A DNA stretch of 64,000 nucleotides, taken from assembly GCA_016930415.1 (NCBI GenBank), contig JAFGGS010000022.1, positions 16,930 to 80,929 on the forward strand, written 5' to 3'. Numbering within the stretch: the first letter of the stretch is position 1; every line of letters begins with the position of its first letter. This document shows positions 18,437-27,729 of the stretch, in pieces. Origin of the DNA: Candidatus Woesearchaeota archaeon (GTDB taxonomy: Archaea; Nanobdellota; Nanobdellia; Woesearchaeales; SM23-78). A program made the translations under genes and the position numbers. The notes under the pieces were generated by a model that saw nothing but the letters and a program-made list of their open reading frames with translations, searched no databases and was not told the origin of the DNA.

Positions 18437-19210
18437 CTAATGTGATGATGACTTCTCCTTGAAGTAAACGTAGCTAACTATGCATCTATGGCTCGTGTTC
18501 ACGAGTATCTCTTCGCCTGTCAGGCCTTCCACGAACCCTATGCCTCGCGCTGATGGGATGAGGAGCTTCTCTTGCTCTTCTGCACTCATCTCTGCTATGT
18601 TTTTCGGGAACTCCTTCATCTCTGGCTTGTTCTTCGGGTTGAATCCTGGCCCTGCGTCTGTCGCTCTTCCGATGATGTAAGGCTTGGTTATGAGTTGTTC
18701 CATCACTACCTCATCTAGTCTTCTTTCCAGGCTTTCCTCGCGCTGAGCTCTGGAAGCTTCTTCTTCCATCCCTCTTTTCTTGTAGTCGTCTGTGCTGCCT
18801 GCGTGGCTTCCGAATATGACTGCATTGTTGAATATCTCTGATGAGCATATCTCGATGTCTTTCTGGGCGTCGCAGTCATATCCTCTGCGGCCTGCCCTGT
18901 AGGAGAATATGCGGCTCAACGTTTCGTGCAGGTTCCTGTCTGCTTGTGATTTTATCAGCGGGTATGTTCCGCTTGTGGGGGCGTGCACTAGTTGCCTTAG
19001 CCTATCATATCTCTCTAGTTCAGCCCGAAACCACCCTCTAACGAGCGGCTCTGCGTTATCGAGCTTGGCCTCGAAGCCCATTCCGAGGTGTGGGTTCAGG
19101 CGAGAGAAGTCGTATATCTTGACTTCTCCTGAGCTTGCGACTACGCATTGGCTTAGTTCTGTTGGTCTTACGATTCTGCTTCTAGGTCTGGTTTCTGCAG
19201 ACAGATTCAT
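18437..19210 (-). CDS. RsbW/SpoIIAB-like HATPase_c domain protein
   Basis: N-box SEIFNNAVIFG, G1 DAGPGF, G2-like ARGIG. Confidence 0.6.
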   Translation of the reverse strand: MNLSAETRPRSRIVRPTELSQCVVASSGEVKIYDFSRLNPHLGMGFEAKLDNAEPLVRGWFRAELERYDRLRQLVHAPTSGTYPLIKSQADRNLHETLSRIFSYRAGRRGYDCDAQKDIEICSSEIFNNAVIFGSHAGSTDDYKKRGMEEEASRAQREESLERRLDEVVMEQLITKPYIIGRATDAGPGFNPKNKPEMKEFPKNIAEMSAEEQEKLLIPSARGIGFVEGLTGEEILVNTSHRCIVSYVYFKEKSSSH

Positions 19211-19330
19211 GACTCTATAGTAGGCAAACCAAATATATAAATCTTCTTACGTCATCATACTTTTTTCCGAAATTGTTTCAGATGCTTTTTTCAACAAACT
19301 ATTTAAAGCTAGTAGCCCCTTGTCAAGACC

Positions 19331-20968
19331 ATGTGGAAGATACCCAGGCGCTTTGCCGGGATAAAGAGGTTTGAGCAGATAGTAGGTGTTCTGTCCAGCC
19401 ACGGCTGGGACTTCTTCCTGGAAAAAAGCGGCCTTAAGAAGAAGTCCTTGTGGACCAAGAAGTACGAGAGCAGACCTGTGGAACTTAGGATGCTCTTTGA
19501 GGAGCTTGGAGGCTCGTTCATCAAGTTCGGCCAATTCCTAAGCCTTAGGCCTGACCTCATCCCTAAAGAGTTCTGCAATGAGCTCTCAAAGCTCCAGGAT
19601 TCTGTCGAGGGTTTCTCTTACGAGGAGGTCGAGCACATCGTCAAGCACGAGCTCAAGAAGCCAATAAAGGCTCTCTTCAAGAGCTTTGAGAAGAAGCCCA
19701 TCGCAGCGGCTAGCATAGGCCAGGTGCACGCAGCGACCCTAAAGAGCGGCAAGAAGGTCGCGGTCAAGGTGATGAGACCAGGCATCCGCGCGCTCTTTGA
19801 GACTGACCTTGAGATCCTCGACTACCTCTCAAGGCTTGTCAAGCACCACTTCGACCCTGAAGTGTTTGATCCTGAGGAGATATTCGACGAGTTCAAGCGC
19901 TACACAGAGAACGAGCTAGACTATCTTAAGGAGGCTCGGAACATAAAGCTCTTCAGGGACATGTTCAAGTCTGACAAGAAACTCATAATCCCCAAAGTAT
20001 ACGATGATCTGTCCACCAAGCGAATCCTGGTCATGGAGTACGTCCCCGGCATCAAGCTCTCTGACATAATCCACGAACCAGGCAGATTCAAGAAGGTCAA
20101 CAAGACCAAGCTTTGCAAGGACTTGGCAGAGTCGTTCATGAAGCAGATATTCCTTGTAGGTGACTTCCACGCAGACCCGCACCCAGGGAACATCATCGTA
20201 AGCAAGACCAAGATAGCCCTTCTGGACTTCGGGATCATAGGCCGGCTTGATGACGAGATGAAGGAAAAGCTAGGGGGTCTCCTCCTCGCCGTAGTCAACA
20301 GGAATCCTGACGAGATCGTGACTGCGATGATGAATCTCAACTTGGTAGACACTGCGGTCGATCGCTTCCGCTTAAGAGAAGAGATCATAGACCAGCTAGG
20401 CGAGTTCTACGATGTGCCATTGGAGAAGATGGACATAGCCGAGCTCTTCTTCAGGTGCATCGACATCGCGAGGCGCCACAAGATAAAGATCTCGAGAGAG
20501 TTTGTCCTCCTTGGAAAGAGCTTGGTGACGCTCAAAGGAGTGTGCTTGGAGCTGAACCCGAAGTTCAACATAGTCCAGGAGAGCAAGAGCTTCATGAAGA
20601 CCTTGATGGCTGACAAGAGGAACCCGAAACACATAATAAAGCGCATCGCTGCCGAGTCTGAGAGGTTCGCCCGCTTTGTCCATGACATCCCAGACCAGAC
20701 CAGGAAGATATTCGGCCTAGTCTCCAAGGCAGACACTGCCCTCGACACAATCAACCACGATATTTTCATCCTGACAAGGGAGGTCAGGAAGGAGAGTATA
20801 CGCGTCGTCTTAGGAGTGATCGTTGCCGCGCTCATAATATCTTCAAGCGTGACTATCGGGATAGACCCGACCCTCAGCAAGGCCTTCGCCTTGTTCGCAG
20901 GGATCATGCTGGCCTTCATGATGCTCTCCATTTTCTTTGATGGATTCAGGAGAAATTCTATGCTTTGA
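19331..20968 (+). CDS. UbiB/ABC1 family atypical kinase
   Basis: IKFGQ, AAASIGQVH, FHADPHPGN, LDFG; C-terminal TM helices. Confidence 0.92.
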   Translation: MWKIPRRFAGIKRFEQIVGVLSSHGWDFFLEKSGLKKKSLWTKKYESRPVELRMLFEELGGSFIKFGQFLSLRPDLIPKEFCNELSKLQDSVEGFSYEEVEHIVKHELKKPIKALFKSFEKKPIAAASIGQVHAATLKSGKKVAVKVMRPGIRALFETDLEILDYLSRLVKHHFDPEVFDPEEIFDEFKRYTENELDYLKEARNIKLFRDMFKSDKKLIIPKVYDDLSTKRILVMEYVPGIKLSDIIHEPGRFKKVNKTKLCKDLAESFMKQIFLVGDFHADPHPGNIIVSKTKIALLDFGIIGRLDDEMKEKLGGLLLAVVNRNPDEIVTAMMNLNLVDTAVDRFRLREEIIDQLGEFYDVPLEKMDIAELFFRCIDIARRHKIKISREFVLLGKSLVTLKGVCLELNPKFNIVQESKSFMKTLMADKRNPKHIIKRIAAESERFARFVHDIPDQTRKIFGLVSKADTALDTINHDIFILTREVRKESIRVVLGVIVAALIISSSVTIGIDPTLSKAFALFAGIMLAFMMLSIFFDGFRRNSML

Positions 20969-20971
20969 GTT

Positions 20972-21082
20972 CTCACAAACGCCTACGCGCTCCGTGCAAA
21001 CATCTATAAGATTAAGTTACCTATTCTTCATTTATCGCCTAGTCATTCCCTGACTCCGCTAGGCGTAGGCGGCGTTTGTGAG
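20972..21082. repeat. Inverted-repeat-bounded element between convergent genes
   Basis: CTCACAAACGCC/GGCGTTTGTGAG 12-bp perfect IR plus GCCTACGC/GCGTAGGC. Confidence 0.7.
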
Positions 21083-21092
21083 GGCCTTTTCC

Positions 21093-21266
21093 TTAATAAT
21101 GTCCTGAGTGGAAGTGCGGAGTCCTTATGTTGATCTTGTAGCCGCACTCGCAGATCGAGTGGAGGTAATGCACTTCCCTCCAGAACTTAGGCTTCCAGTC
21201 CTTCCCATGCGCCTTCCTGCAGGAAGGGCAGATTGCCTCTAAGTGTGCTGACTTGAACATGTTCAT
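21093..21266 (-). CDS. Small Zn-ribbon/His-rich protein (57 aa)
   Basis: CPSC...CECG, C-terminal HFHSGHY; GAGGAG upstream; below ORF cutoff. Confidence 0.7.
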   Translation of the reverse strand: MNMFKSAHLEAICPSCRKAHGKDWKPKFWREVHYLHSICECGYKINIRTPHFHSGHY

Positions 21267-21395
21267 GTATTACCAATCGCTCCTCTTTTGTGTTGTCTCT
21301 TGGAATCTCTGCGAGGATGCTTTCAAGGCACCCCATGTCTGTCTCTTACATTCACTGCGTTTCTGTCTTAAATCCTAGAATGCATACTCAAGTTT

Positions 21396-22550
21396 TTAAT
21401 GCTTATTTATAAAGCTAACTGTTTTAAAGATGGTTATCGGAGCCTGCTGCTGGCTGGCATACGCCTTTAAGGCCTCTATGGCAAAGCCTGTCGTGAGCTC
21501 TTCTGAACCGTATGAAAATGAATCGAACGGCCCGGCTATGAACAAGGCGCCTCTTGGCCACGAACCGTCTTCTCCTTGAGTCTTGAGGAGCCTAATCACC
21601 CCGCCCCTGACTTCTTCACCTGAATATCCCAGGTTAATGAGCGTATCCACTGCGAGCGCTGTTTCGAGCTCGTTTCCAAAAGACCCGTCGTGCATCCTGG
21701 AAGACAGGGTCTGGCCTATTATTATCTCCTTGCTGCTGTCAAGACAGCTCACATTGCTCCTTATGGCCCTTGATAGCATGTAGTTCCTGGCCAGCCTATT
21801 CGGATAGAATTGGGAGCAGTTCTCATTGTTCTTGACTGCTCGGTTGATGAAATCGCATACCTCAGGATACTGGTCTCCTAGGTATAAGAGCACGTTCACG
21901 TTCACGATGCAGTCTACTATGCCGTATTCTCCTTCACGATCGTCTTCTTTTATCCACGTGTAGAACAATCCTTCCGGATTCCTGTTATCAAGGAATGCTC
22001 TAGTATTGTCCTTGAGTTTCATCCCGTTCATCTTCAAAGCGAGTGAGGCAGCAGCGGTGTCGTCAAGGTCAGGCACTATATCCTGGGTGTTCCTGCTGGA
22101 GTAATACCTCCATATCCCTCCCGGCATCTTCTCGCCTGATAAGAACTCAAGTCCTTTCCTTGTAATGTCCGCGACTTGAGCATTATCATTGAGGTTCCTT
22201 ACTGAGTATAGTATGAGCGCTGTCGCGAATGGCGAGCTGTCAAAAGCGCATTCACTCATCTCCTCATATTGTTCGCTTCTGCACCTGTAAGTCCTGAACT
22301 CCCCGTAGTCCAGTTGCGACTCGTATAGGAACGCAATCGCCTTTTCCAGGGAGCGGTTTATCATGATGCTCTCTTCAGAGAGGTGTTTCTGGCTGTAGAT
22401 TAAGCTGCTCCCCTGACGATTCAGTCTGCTTATCAAGAAGATGCTGGCTGAGATGAGAAGCGTCAAGATGAGAATGGAGAAAAGGATTATCCTTGTGTTC
22501 CAGGATTGTATGCTGTTCCTGTTATCTTGACTTTTCCGTCTTCTTCGCAT
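21396..22550 (-). CDS. Membrane-anchored prenyltransferase/terpene-cyclase-fold protein
   Basis: PDLDDT (DxDD), QW-like repeats QLDYGEF, HDGSF, QGEDGSW; N-terminal TM; start uncertain (overlaps alaS). Confidence 0.65.
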   Translation of the reverse strand: MRRRRKSQDNRNSIQSWNTRIILFSILILTLLISASIFLISRLNRQGSSLIYSQKHLSEESIMINRSLEKAIAFLYESQLDYGEFRTYRCRSEQYEEMSECAFDSSPFATALILYSVRNLNDNAQVADITRKGLEFLSGEKMPGGIWRYYSSRNTQDIVPDLDDTAAASLALKMNGMKLKDNTRAFLDNRNPEGLFYTWIKEDDREGEYGIVDCIVNVNVLLYLGDQYPEVCDFINRAVKNNENCSQFYPNRLARNYMLSRAIRSNVSCLDSSKEIIIGQTLSSRMHDGSFGNELETALAVDTLINLGYSGEEVRGGVIRLLKTQGEDGSWPRGALFIAGPFDSFSYGSEELTTGFAIEALKAYASQQQAPITIFKTVSFINKH

Positions 22551-25122
22551 CGAGAGAACTCTCCGAGTTCTTTGTGTCAGAGGCTTTGCCTCTGAGCACG
22601 TCGAGCTCCTTCTTGAATCTCAGGATCGTCTTTAGCACGTGCTCAGGCTGGGTCTGGAGGATGTCTGCGAGCTTGACGAGCACGTCTGTTCCCTTATACT
22701 CCTCATCTGAGACCAGCTTGAGCTCCTTCAGCTGTTCTGGAGTCGCGCCACCTTTTCCAAGCTTTCTTGCCTTCTTCCACTTTAAGAAAAGCTCCTCGAC
22801 CCTTGAAGGCAGCCTTCTTTCATCGACGCCTAGCGCTGTGCTTGCCTCCTTCAGGATGTCCTTCTCTTTAGATAACGTTTTCTCTGCTGCTTCTCCTGCA
22901 GTGAACTCGATCCTCACGATGCCGTCCTGGATTTTGGTGGACTTGAGCAGCTTTATGATCTTGGTCTCTCCTGTCAGGTTGAGGTGAGTGCCTCCGCAGG
23001 CCTCGACGTCAAGCCCCTCGATCGACACGACCCGTATCTCTTTGCCCGGCACAGCTCCCCCTTGGTAGAGCACGAAGCCGTACTTAGCCTCTGCGATGCT
23101 CCTTGGCATGAAGCTCTTGTAGATCGGAAGGTTCATCTCGATCACCTTGTTCGCCAAGTCTTCTATCTTCCTCATCTCAGCGTCAGATAACGCGTCGTAG
23201 TGCGTGATGTCCAGCCTTGCCTTCTCAAGGCTCTTAGAGGCTCCTGCCTGCCAGATGTGATTGCCGAGCACCTGCCTTGCGACGCCGTTTATGATATGGG
23301 CTGCGGTGTGGTGCTGTGTGAGCTGGAGCCTTATGCTCGAGTCAACCCTGCCTTGCACCTTGTCGCCTGCCTTGAACTTGGGCTTGTCCTTCATGACATG
23401 GATGATGACTGCGCCTTGCTTGAATATCTCGACTACCTCGTCCCCAGATATCTTTCCCTTGTCATGGAGCTGCCCTCCGCTCGTGGGATAGAAGACTGTC
23501 CTGTCAAGCACGACTAGCTTGTCATCTATGATCTTGAGTACTTGGGCTTCGAAGTCCAGGTAGTCGTAGGCGTCGAAGTAGAGCGCCTTAGTGGCTGGGA
23601 TCCCTTTCAGGTCGAGCTCTTTCTCCTTCCTGGTCTGGGTCTTCTGCTCTCCCTTCTCATGCCTCTCTGCGACTAGCGCGAAGAAGTTGTCAGGTATCTC
23701 GACGCGCATTCCTAGCTTCTTGGCCTCTTCCTTTACAGTCTCAGGGCTCACTCCCTGGCTGTCGTATAGCTCTATCAGCTTCTTGGTAGTGACTTCCTTG
23801 CCGCTCTTGAGCAATTGGTCCACGACCTGGGCTCCCTTCTTCTTGGTCTGGTAATATTTCTGCTTCTCGTTCTCAAGGACCTTCTTAACGTCCGAGAGGT
23901 TGTTCTTCAGGTCCGGGTAGATCGGTTCTAGGTAATCTGCGTGCCACTCGCACACATCCACCAAGTCTATCTTCCATCCGTACGACTCTATGAAGTCCAT
24001 AGCCCTCCTGAATATGACCCTCAAGTTGTAATATCCGCCGACGTTCGAAGGAAGGCCTCCGTCGCTTATCGAGAAAAGGAGCGCTCTTGCGTGCTCTGCG
24101 ACTGAGTAGAGCGCTGTCATGGGCTGTATCTTGGCCTTGAGCTCCTCCACAGGGACTTTGACCTCTGACGCGATCTCACTCCACACCGCATCGACGTCTT
24201 CCACTTCGTCGAAGTTGAGCTTTGTCGCGAGGGGCGCGAACTTCTTGTAGAGCGCGTGGTCGAACTCGACGCCGAGCTTATCCTTGAGCTTGTCGATCAC
24301 AGTCGGGAAGGCGGCGTCGTAGACTGTCGGTGCTCCCTGGCTGAACCATGCGACCCGCTCCATCCCAAGACCCATGTCGAGCACCTTGATCCTGAGTTCC
24401 TTATCTCCATGGTCTGAGTGCTCGAACATCATGTAGACCTGGTTGAACAGCTCGACTCCCCTGCTGAAGAACTCCATGCAAGGCCCGAAGTTCCCTCCGC
24501 CAGCCCAGGAGTCCTCGTGAAGCGTGAGCTCCTCCTTCGGGACGCCCACTTCCTTTGTTATGTACTCATAAATATCCTTGAACGCCTGCTCCTGGCTCCA
24601 CTCCTTCGGCTCGACGAACATGTGCTGTCCTATCATCACGAATCCAGTGCAGTGGCTTCCAGTCACTCCAACGTTGTCTATATCCCCAAATCTTAAGCAG
24701 AACTGGGGAATCACGAGCTTCCTTGCCGGCGGATCGCACTCTCCGCTTATGACATAGGGCTGGAACGCTGCGATGCTCGCGTTGGTGAAGTAAGTCGTCG
24801 GGTTCCAGCGGGCGATAACAGGATACCTGGTAACTGCGTGGTAGCCTCTCTTCTCAAAGAAGCCTTTGAACCCAAGCCAGACCCCGACAAAGTCGATTTT
24901 CCTCTTTACAGGAGGCTTGTCGAATATGTCGACTCTGCCTCTGCAAGCCGCGTCTCCGCACGCATCCTGGCCTTTGTGGACAGTCCAGTAGTAAAGGCCG
25001 CACTTGGGGCACTTCTTTCTCACAAACCCCTCTGCCTTGAGTACGCTCGTCGCGTAGTACTTGTCAGGCTCAAGCGCGGCCATCGCCTTGAACTTCTTCT
25101 TGAGCTCCTTGTCTGAAAGCAT
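22522..25122 (-). CDS. alaS: Alanyl-tRNA synthetase, archaeal type
   Basis: N-terminal CPKC/CGD, ASIAAFQP, WAGGGNFGP, HTAAH editing motif, CGGTH. Confidence 0.97.
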   Translation of the reverse strand: MLSDKELKKKFKAMAALEPDKYYATSVLKAEGFVRKKCPKCGLYYWTVHKGQDACGDAACRGRVDIFDKPPVKRKIDFVGVWLGFKGFFEKRGYHAVTRYPVIARWNPTTYFTNASIAAFQPYVISGECDPPARKLVIPQFCLRFGDIDNVGVTGSHCTGFVMIGQHMFVEPKEWSQEQAFKDIYEYITKEVGVPKEELTLHEDSWAGGGNFGPCMEFFSRGVELFNQVYMMFEHSDHGDKELRIKVLDMGLGMERVAWFSQGAPTVYDAAFPTVIDKLKDKLGVEFDHALYKKFAPLATKLNFDEVEDVDAVWSEIASEVKVPVEELKAKIQPMTALYSVAEHARALLFSISDGGLPSNVGGYYNLRVIFRRAMDFIESYGWKIDLVDVCEWHADYLEPIYPDLKNNLSDVKKVLENEKQKYYQTKKKGAQVVDQLLKSGKEVTTKKLIELYDSQGVSPETVKEEAKKLGMRVEIPDNFFALVAERHEKGEQKTQTRKEKELDLKGIPATKALYFDAYDYLDFEAQVLKIIDDKLVVLDRTVFYPTSGGQLHDKGKISGDEVVEIFKQGAVIIHVMKDKPKFKAGDKVQGRVDSSIRLQLTQHHTAAHIINGVARQVLGNHIWQAGASKSLEKARLDITHYDALSDAEMRKIEDLANKVIEMNLPIYKSFMPRSIAEAKYGFVLYQGGAVPGKEIRVVSIEGLDVEACGGTHLNLTGETKIIKLLKSTKIQDGIVRIEFTAGEAAEKTLSKEKDILKEASTALGVDERRLPSRVEELFLKWKKARKLGKGGATPEQLKELKLVSDEEYKGTDVLVKLADILQTQPEHVLKTILRFKKELDVLRGKASDTKNSESSLDAKKTEKSR

Positions 25123-25210
25123 GCAGATAAGTGACTATTCTGGGCTTTATTAAGCTTTTCCTGCTTCGCAGCAGTAACTTTTTTAAATAACACTGTTAAC
25201 CTTCCAGCTT

Positions 25211-25816
25211 ATGAGGAGGCGGGAGAAGGAGAAGAAGAGCGAGAAGACGAAGCAGATAGTCATGAGTTCGTTTCTCGCGCTCGTGATGATACTCTCGGTC
25301 TTCGGGATAATCATTGGTTCCCAGTCCAGCGAGCTGAAATATGGCAAGTACAAGTTCGAGAGGAAGGACAATTACTACACGACCAAGATAGACGGCAAGG
25401 AGCTGTACTTCTACACGCTCCCCTTTGATACTAGCTACATCAACCTCTCGGATGAGACTGTTGACAAGATCAGGTCCTCGGCTTACCTTATCACCAGCTT
25501 CAACGCAGGAGCTGCGAACGAGAGCCTACCCGCGATTGAGCTCGTCAGGTATGACCTTGCGAATCTCTTGCCTGAGAAGTTCATCTTTGACGGCGTCGAA
25601 GAGCCTCACCCCCTCTACGAGGCCCTCTCTGTGCTTGGATGCGCCAACGCGACCCTAGGCGCTCCTGCCCTGATATTCAACATCTCAGACTCCATGAGTA
25701 TAGTCGATGCTGGCGATTGCATCTACTTCAACGGAAGGGGAGCTGACTTCCTTCGCTTGAGGGATCGCTTGCTCTATTCTTATTACGGGGTGTATGATGA
25801 CGCAGAGCAGCAGTGA
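25211..25816 (+). CDS. Membrane-anchored hypothetical protein
   Basis: N-terminal TM; shares C.NA, GDCI, DRLLY motifs with next gene. Confidence 0.8.
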   Translation: MRRREKEKKSEKTKQIVMSSFLALVMILSVFGIIIGSQSSELKYGKYKFERKDNYYTTKIDGKELYFYTLPFDTSYINLSDETVDKIRSSAYLITSFNAGAANESLPAIELVRYDLANLLPEKFIFDGVEEPHPLYEALSVLGCANATLGAPALIFNISDSMSIVDAGDCIYFNGRGADFLRLRDRLLYSYYGVYDDAEQQ

Positions 25817-26552
25817 GGATCCTAGGAAGGAGCATCACCACGCGCATCCTGCGAACGTGAAGAAGGTCGTGAGGAGTTGCCCTAATGACCCTCGGGAAGA
25901 GCTGAGCCCTGAAGAAGAGGCCCGTATTTCTAAGAATAGCACGTTTTATCTCATACTGATCTCTTCTGTTCTCATCCTGACCTTGCTTGGCCTTATCTTC
26001 GTGCCTCAATACTTCCGAGAAGCGAAGCTTGAGAGCGATAAGTACAACCACTTCGAATTCGTCCAGCAGGCAGATGGATTCTGGTACACTGTAGTGAACA
26101 AGGGAGACCAGCCTTACTCGATTCCATTCTATTATCACCCGAGGGACTTGGAGGATGTAATCGTGGCTGAGAACGTGCGTCAGAAGTTCTTTGACGTGCG
26201 GGATAAGGGCGGGATGATATATATAACCCTTGACCCTGACTCTGAGAGCAACAAGATAATAATCGCGGGCGTGGAGATCGCGAGGATAACTGGTGACCGC
26301 TATGGCTTACTCAACGTGGCGACCAAGTCAGCCTTCACGCATCCGCCTTCGAACGCGAGCGTGAACACAGCGACGCCTATAAAGACGTGTAACGACGCTG
26401 ACAACAGGACCTTGGTGGTCTGGCTTACTGTCTCGAACAAGAACCTTGTGAGTGCCGTCGGCAACTGCATCGTGGTCGAGGCTAAGGACTACAACGAGAC
26501 TGTCCGCGTGGCAGACAGGCTGATGTACAGCCTGATGGGCGTGATGAGCTAG
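25794..26552 (+). CDS. Membrane-anchored hypothetical protein, probable paralog of upstream gene
   Basis: TM helix; CNDA, GNCI, DRLMY. Confidence 0.8.
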   Translation: MMTQSSSEDPRKEHHHAHPANVKKVVRSCPNDPREELSPEEEARISKNSTFYLILISSVLILTLLGLIFVPQYFREAKLESDKYNHFEFVQQADGFWYTVVNKGDQPYSIPFYYHPRDLEDVIVAENVRQKFFDVRDKGGMIYITLDPDSESNKIIIAGVEIARITGDRYGLLNVATKSAFTHPPSNASVNTATPIKTCNDADNRTLVVWLTVSNKNLVSAVGNCIVVEAKDYNETVRVADRLMYSLMGVMS

Positions 26553-26632
26553 GTGTCGCTTATCCTATGTATGCCTGTTTTCTGAATGATTTATACTAAC
26601 TATTTATATACCTGTGCGCATTTCCTTTCTTC

Positions 26633-27118
26633 ATGTCAGAGTTAGCTGTTGGGAAGCAGTCATCTAAGCCTGAAGGTTATGAGCGCTTGGATCCAGTGAG
26701 GCGAGGGACTTATTTTGACGTATACGCTCCTAGATCTGGTGTTGACGCTGATCGCGTGCTCGTATTCCATGCTAAAGGGAAGATCACGCTCGGAGAGGGG
26801 GACTCTGAATTAGAGGTGCTGGCCAGGGAATTCTCTGATAGGAAAGTGATTCTGGATATGGGAAACGTGTCTTACGTCGACTCTACAGGGCTTGGTGCCC
26901 TTGTCCTCGGTCATAGCATACTCCGCAAGCACGCGGGCAAGTTTAGGCTCTGCAACCTGTCTGAGAAGCTTCTGGCATTGCTAAATGCAACGAGTCTGCT
27001 GAATACGTTCGAGCTAAGCTGTGATGTTCCAGACGCACTGGGCGGTGTCCTAGCTAAGTATGAACAAGTAACTTCTATGGTATCTGGAACTAGATATGCT
27101 CTAGTCAGGAAAGTATGA
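26633..27118 (+). CDS. STAS domain protein (SpoIIAA/RsbV-like)
   Basis: VILDMGNVSYVDSTGLGALV with conserved phospho-Ser position. Confidence 0.85.
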   Translation: MSELAVGKQSSKPEGYERLDPVRRGTYFDVYAPRSGVDADRVLVFHAKGKITLGEGDSELEVLAREFSDRKVILDMGNVSYVDSTGLGALVLGHSILRKHAGKFRLCNLSEKLLALLNATSLLNTFELSCDVPDALGGVLAKYEQVTSMVSGTRYALVRKV

Positions 27119-27156
27119 GAGAATGACTTCTACGGTCTTACAGAACTTTACCTGTT

Positions 27157-27558
27157 TTAGTCAAGAGGTGACTCTTCTGCCGAGAGGTGTAGGTCGTAGC
27201 TGACCTCTTCTATCTTCTCGTCCTCGAAGGAGACGAACCGAAACGACAGTCCCAGGCGCATGAGCGCGGTGATCGTGGCTGTGTGTTCCTTGCCTGTGCC
27301 CGAGTCTATGTTGAGCGCGACTTCCAGGCCCTTGGCCTTGCCTTTGAGCTGGGATGCTATGGAGTCCCTGATCTTCCCGACGCTCGTCTCGCTGTCTATT
27401 ATCACTGCATGGACGTTTTGTTTCTCGAGCTTCAGGTTGTTCTTGGTCCATTCGTTCATGATTAGGAAGACGTTCTCGAACTCCGGCCTTGCGGCTAGCT
27501 TCAATACGTTCGTCCAGGTGCCTTTGCCCACCCCGAGCACTGCTACGAAGTCAGTCAT
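27157..27558 (-). CDS. Hypothetical protein, possibly CARF-like Rossmann fold
   Basis: VAVLGVGKGTW strand-loop; ALNIDSGTGK resembles CARF motif II. Confidence 0.55.
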   Translation of the reverse strand: MTDFVAVLGVGKGTWTNVLKLAARPEFENVFLIMNEWTKNNLKLEKQNVHAVIIDSETSVGKIRDSIASQLKGKAKGLEVALNIDSGTGKEHTATITALMRLGLSFRFVSFEDEKIEEVSYDLHLSAEESPLD

Positions 27559-27729
27559 GGCTTTAGGGATGCTTTTCGCGGTTTTTAAAACTTGCGAGAA
27601 AAGAGGATCGGTCGCCGCGATAGCCAGCCTGACAGCGGATTACGCGGCGCGTTGAACAAGGAGAGATCGGATGAAGAAAGAATAAAATAAAGAAAAATAA
27701 AATAATTTGGCGGAAGAATTTTGCGCGCA

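Noticed and set aside
27613..27649. GC-rich hairpin CGCCGCG/CGCGGCG
   Set aside because: Short, single copy, next to a T-rich tract after a gene; probably an ordinary 3' end structure.
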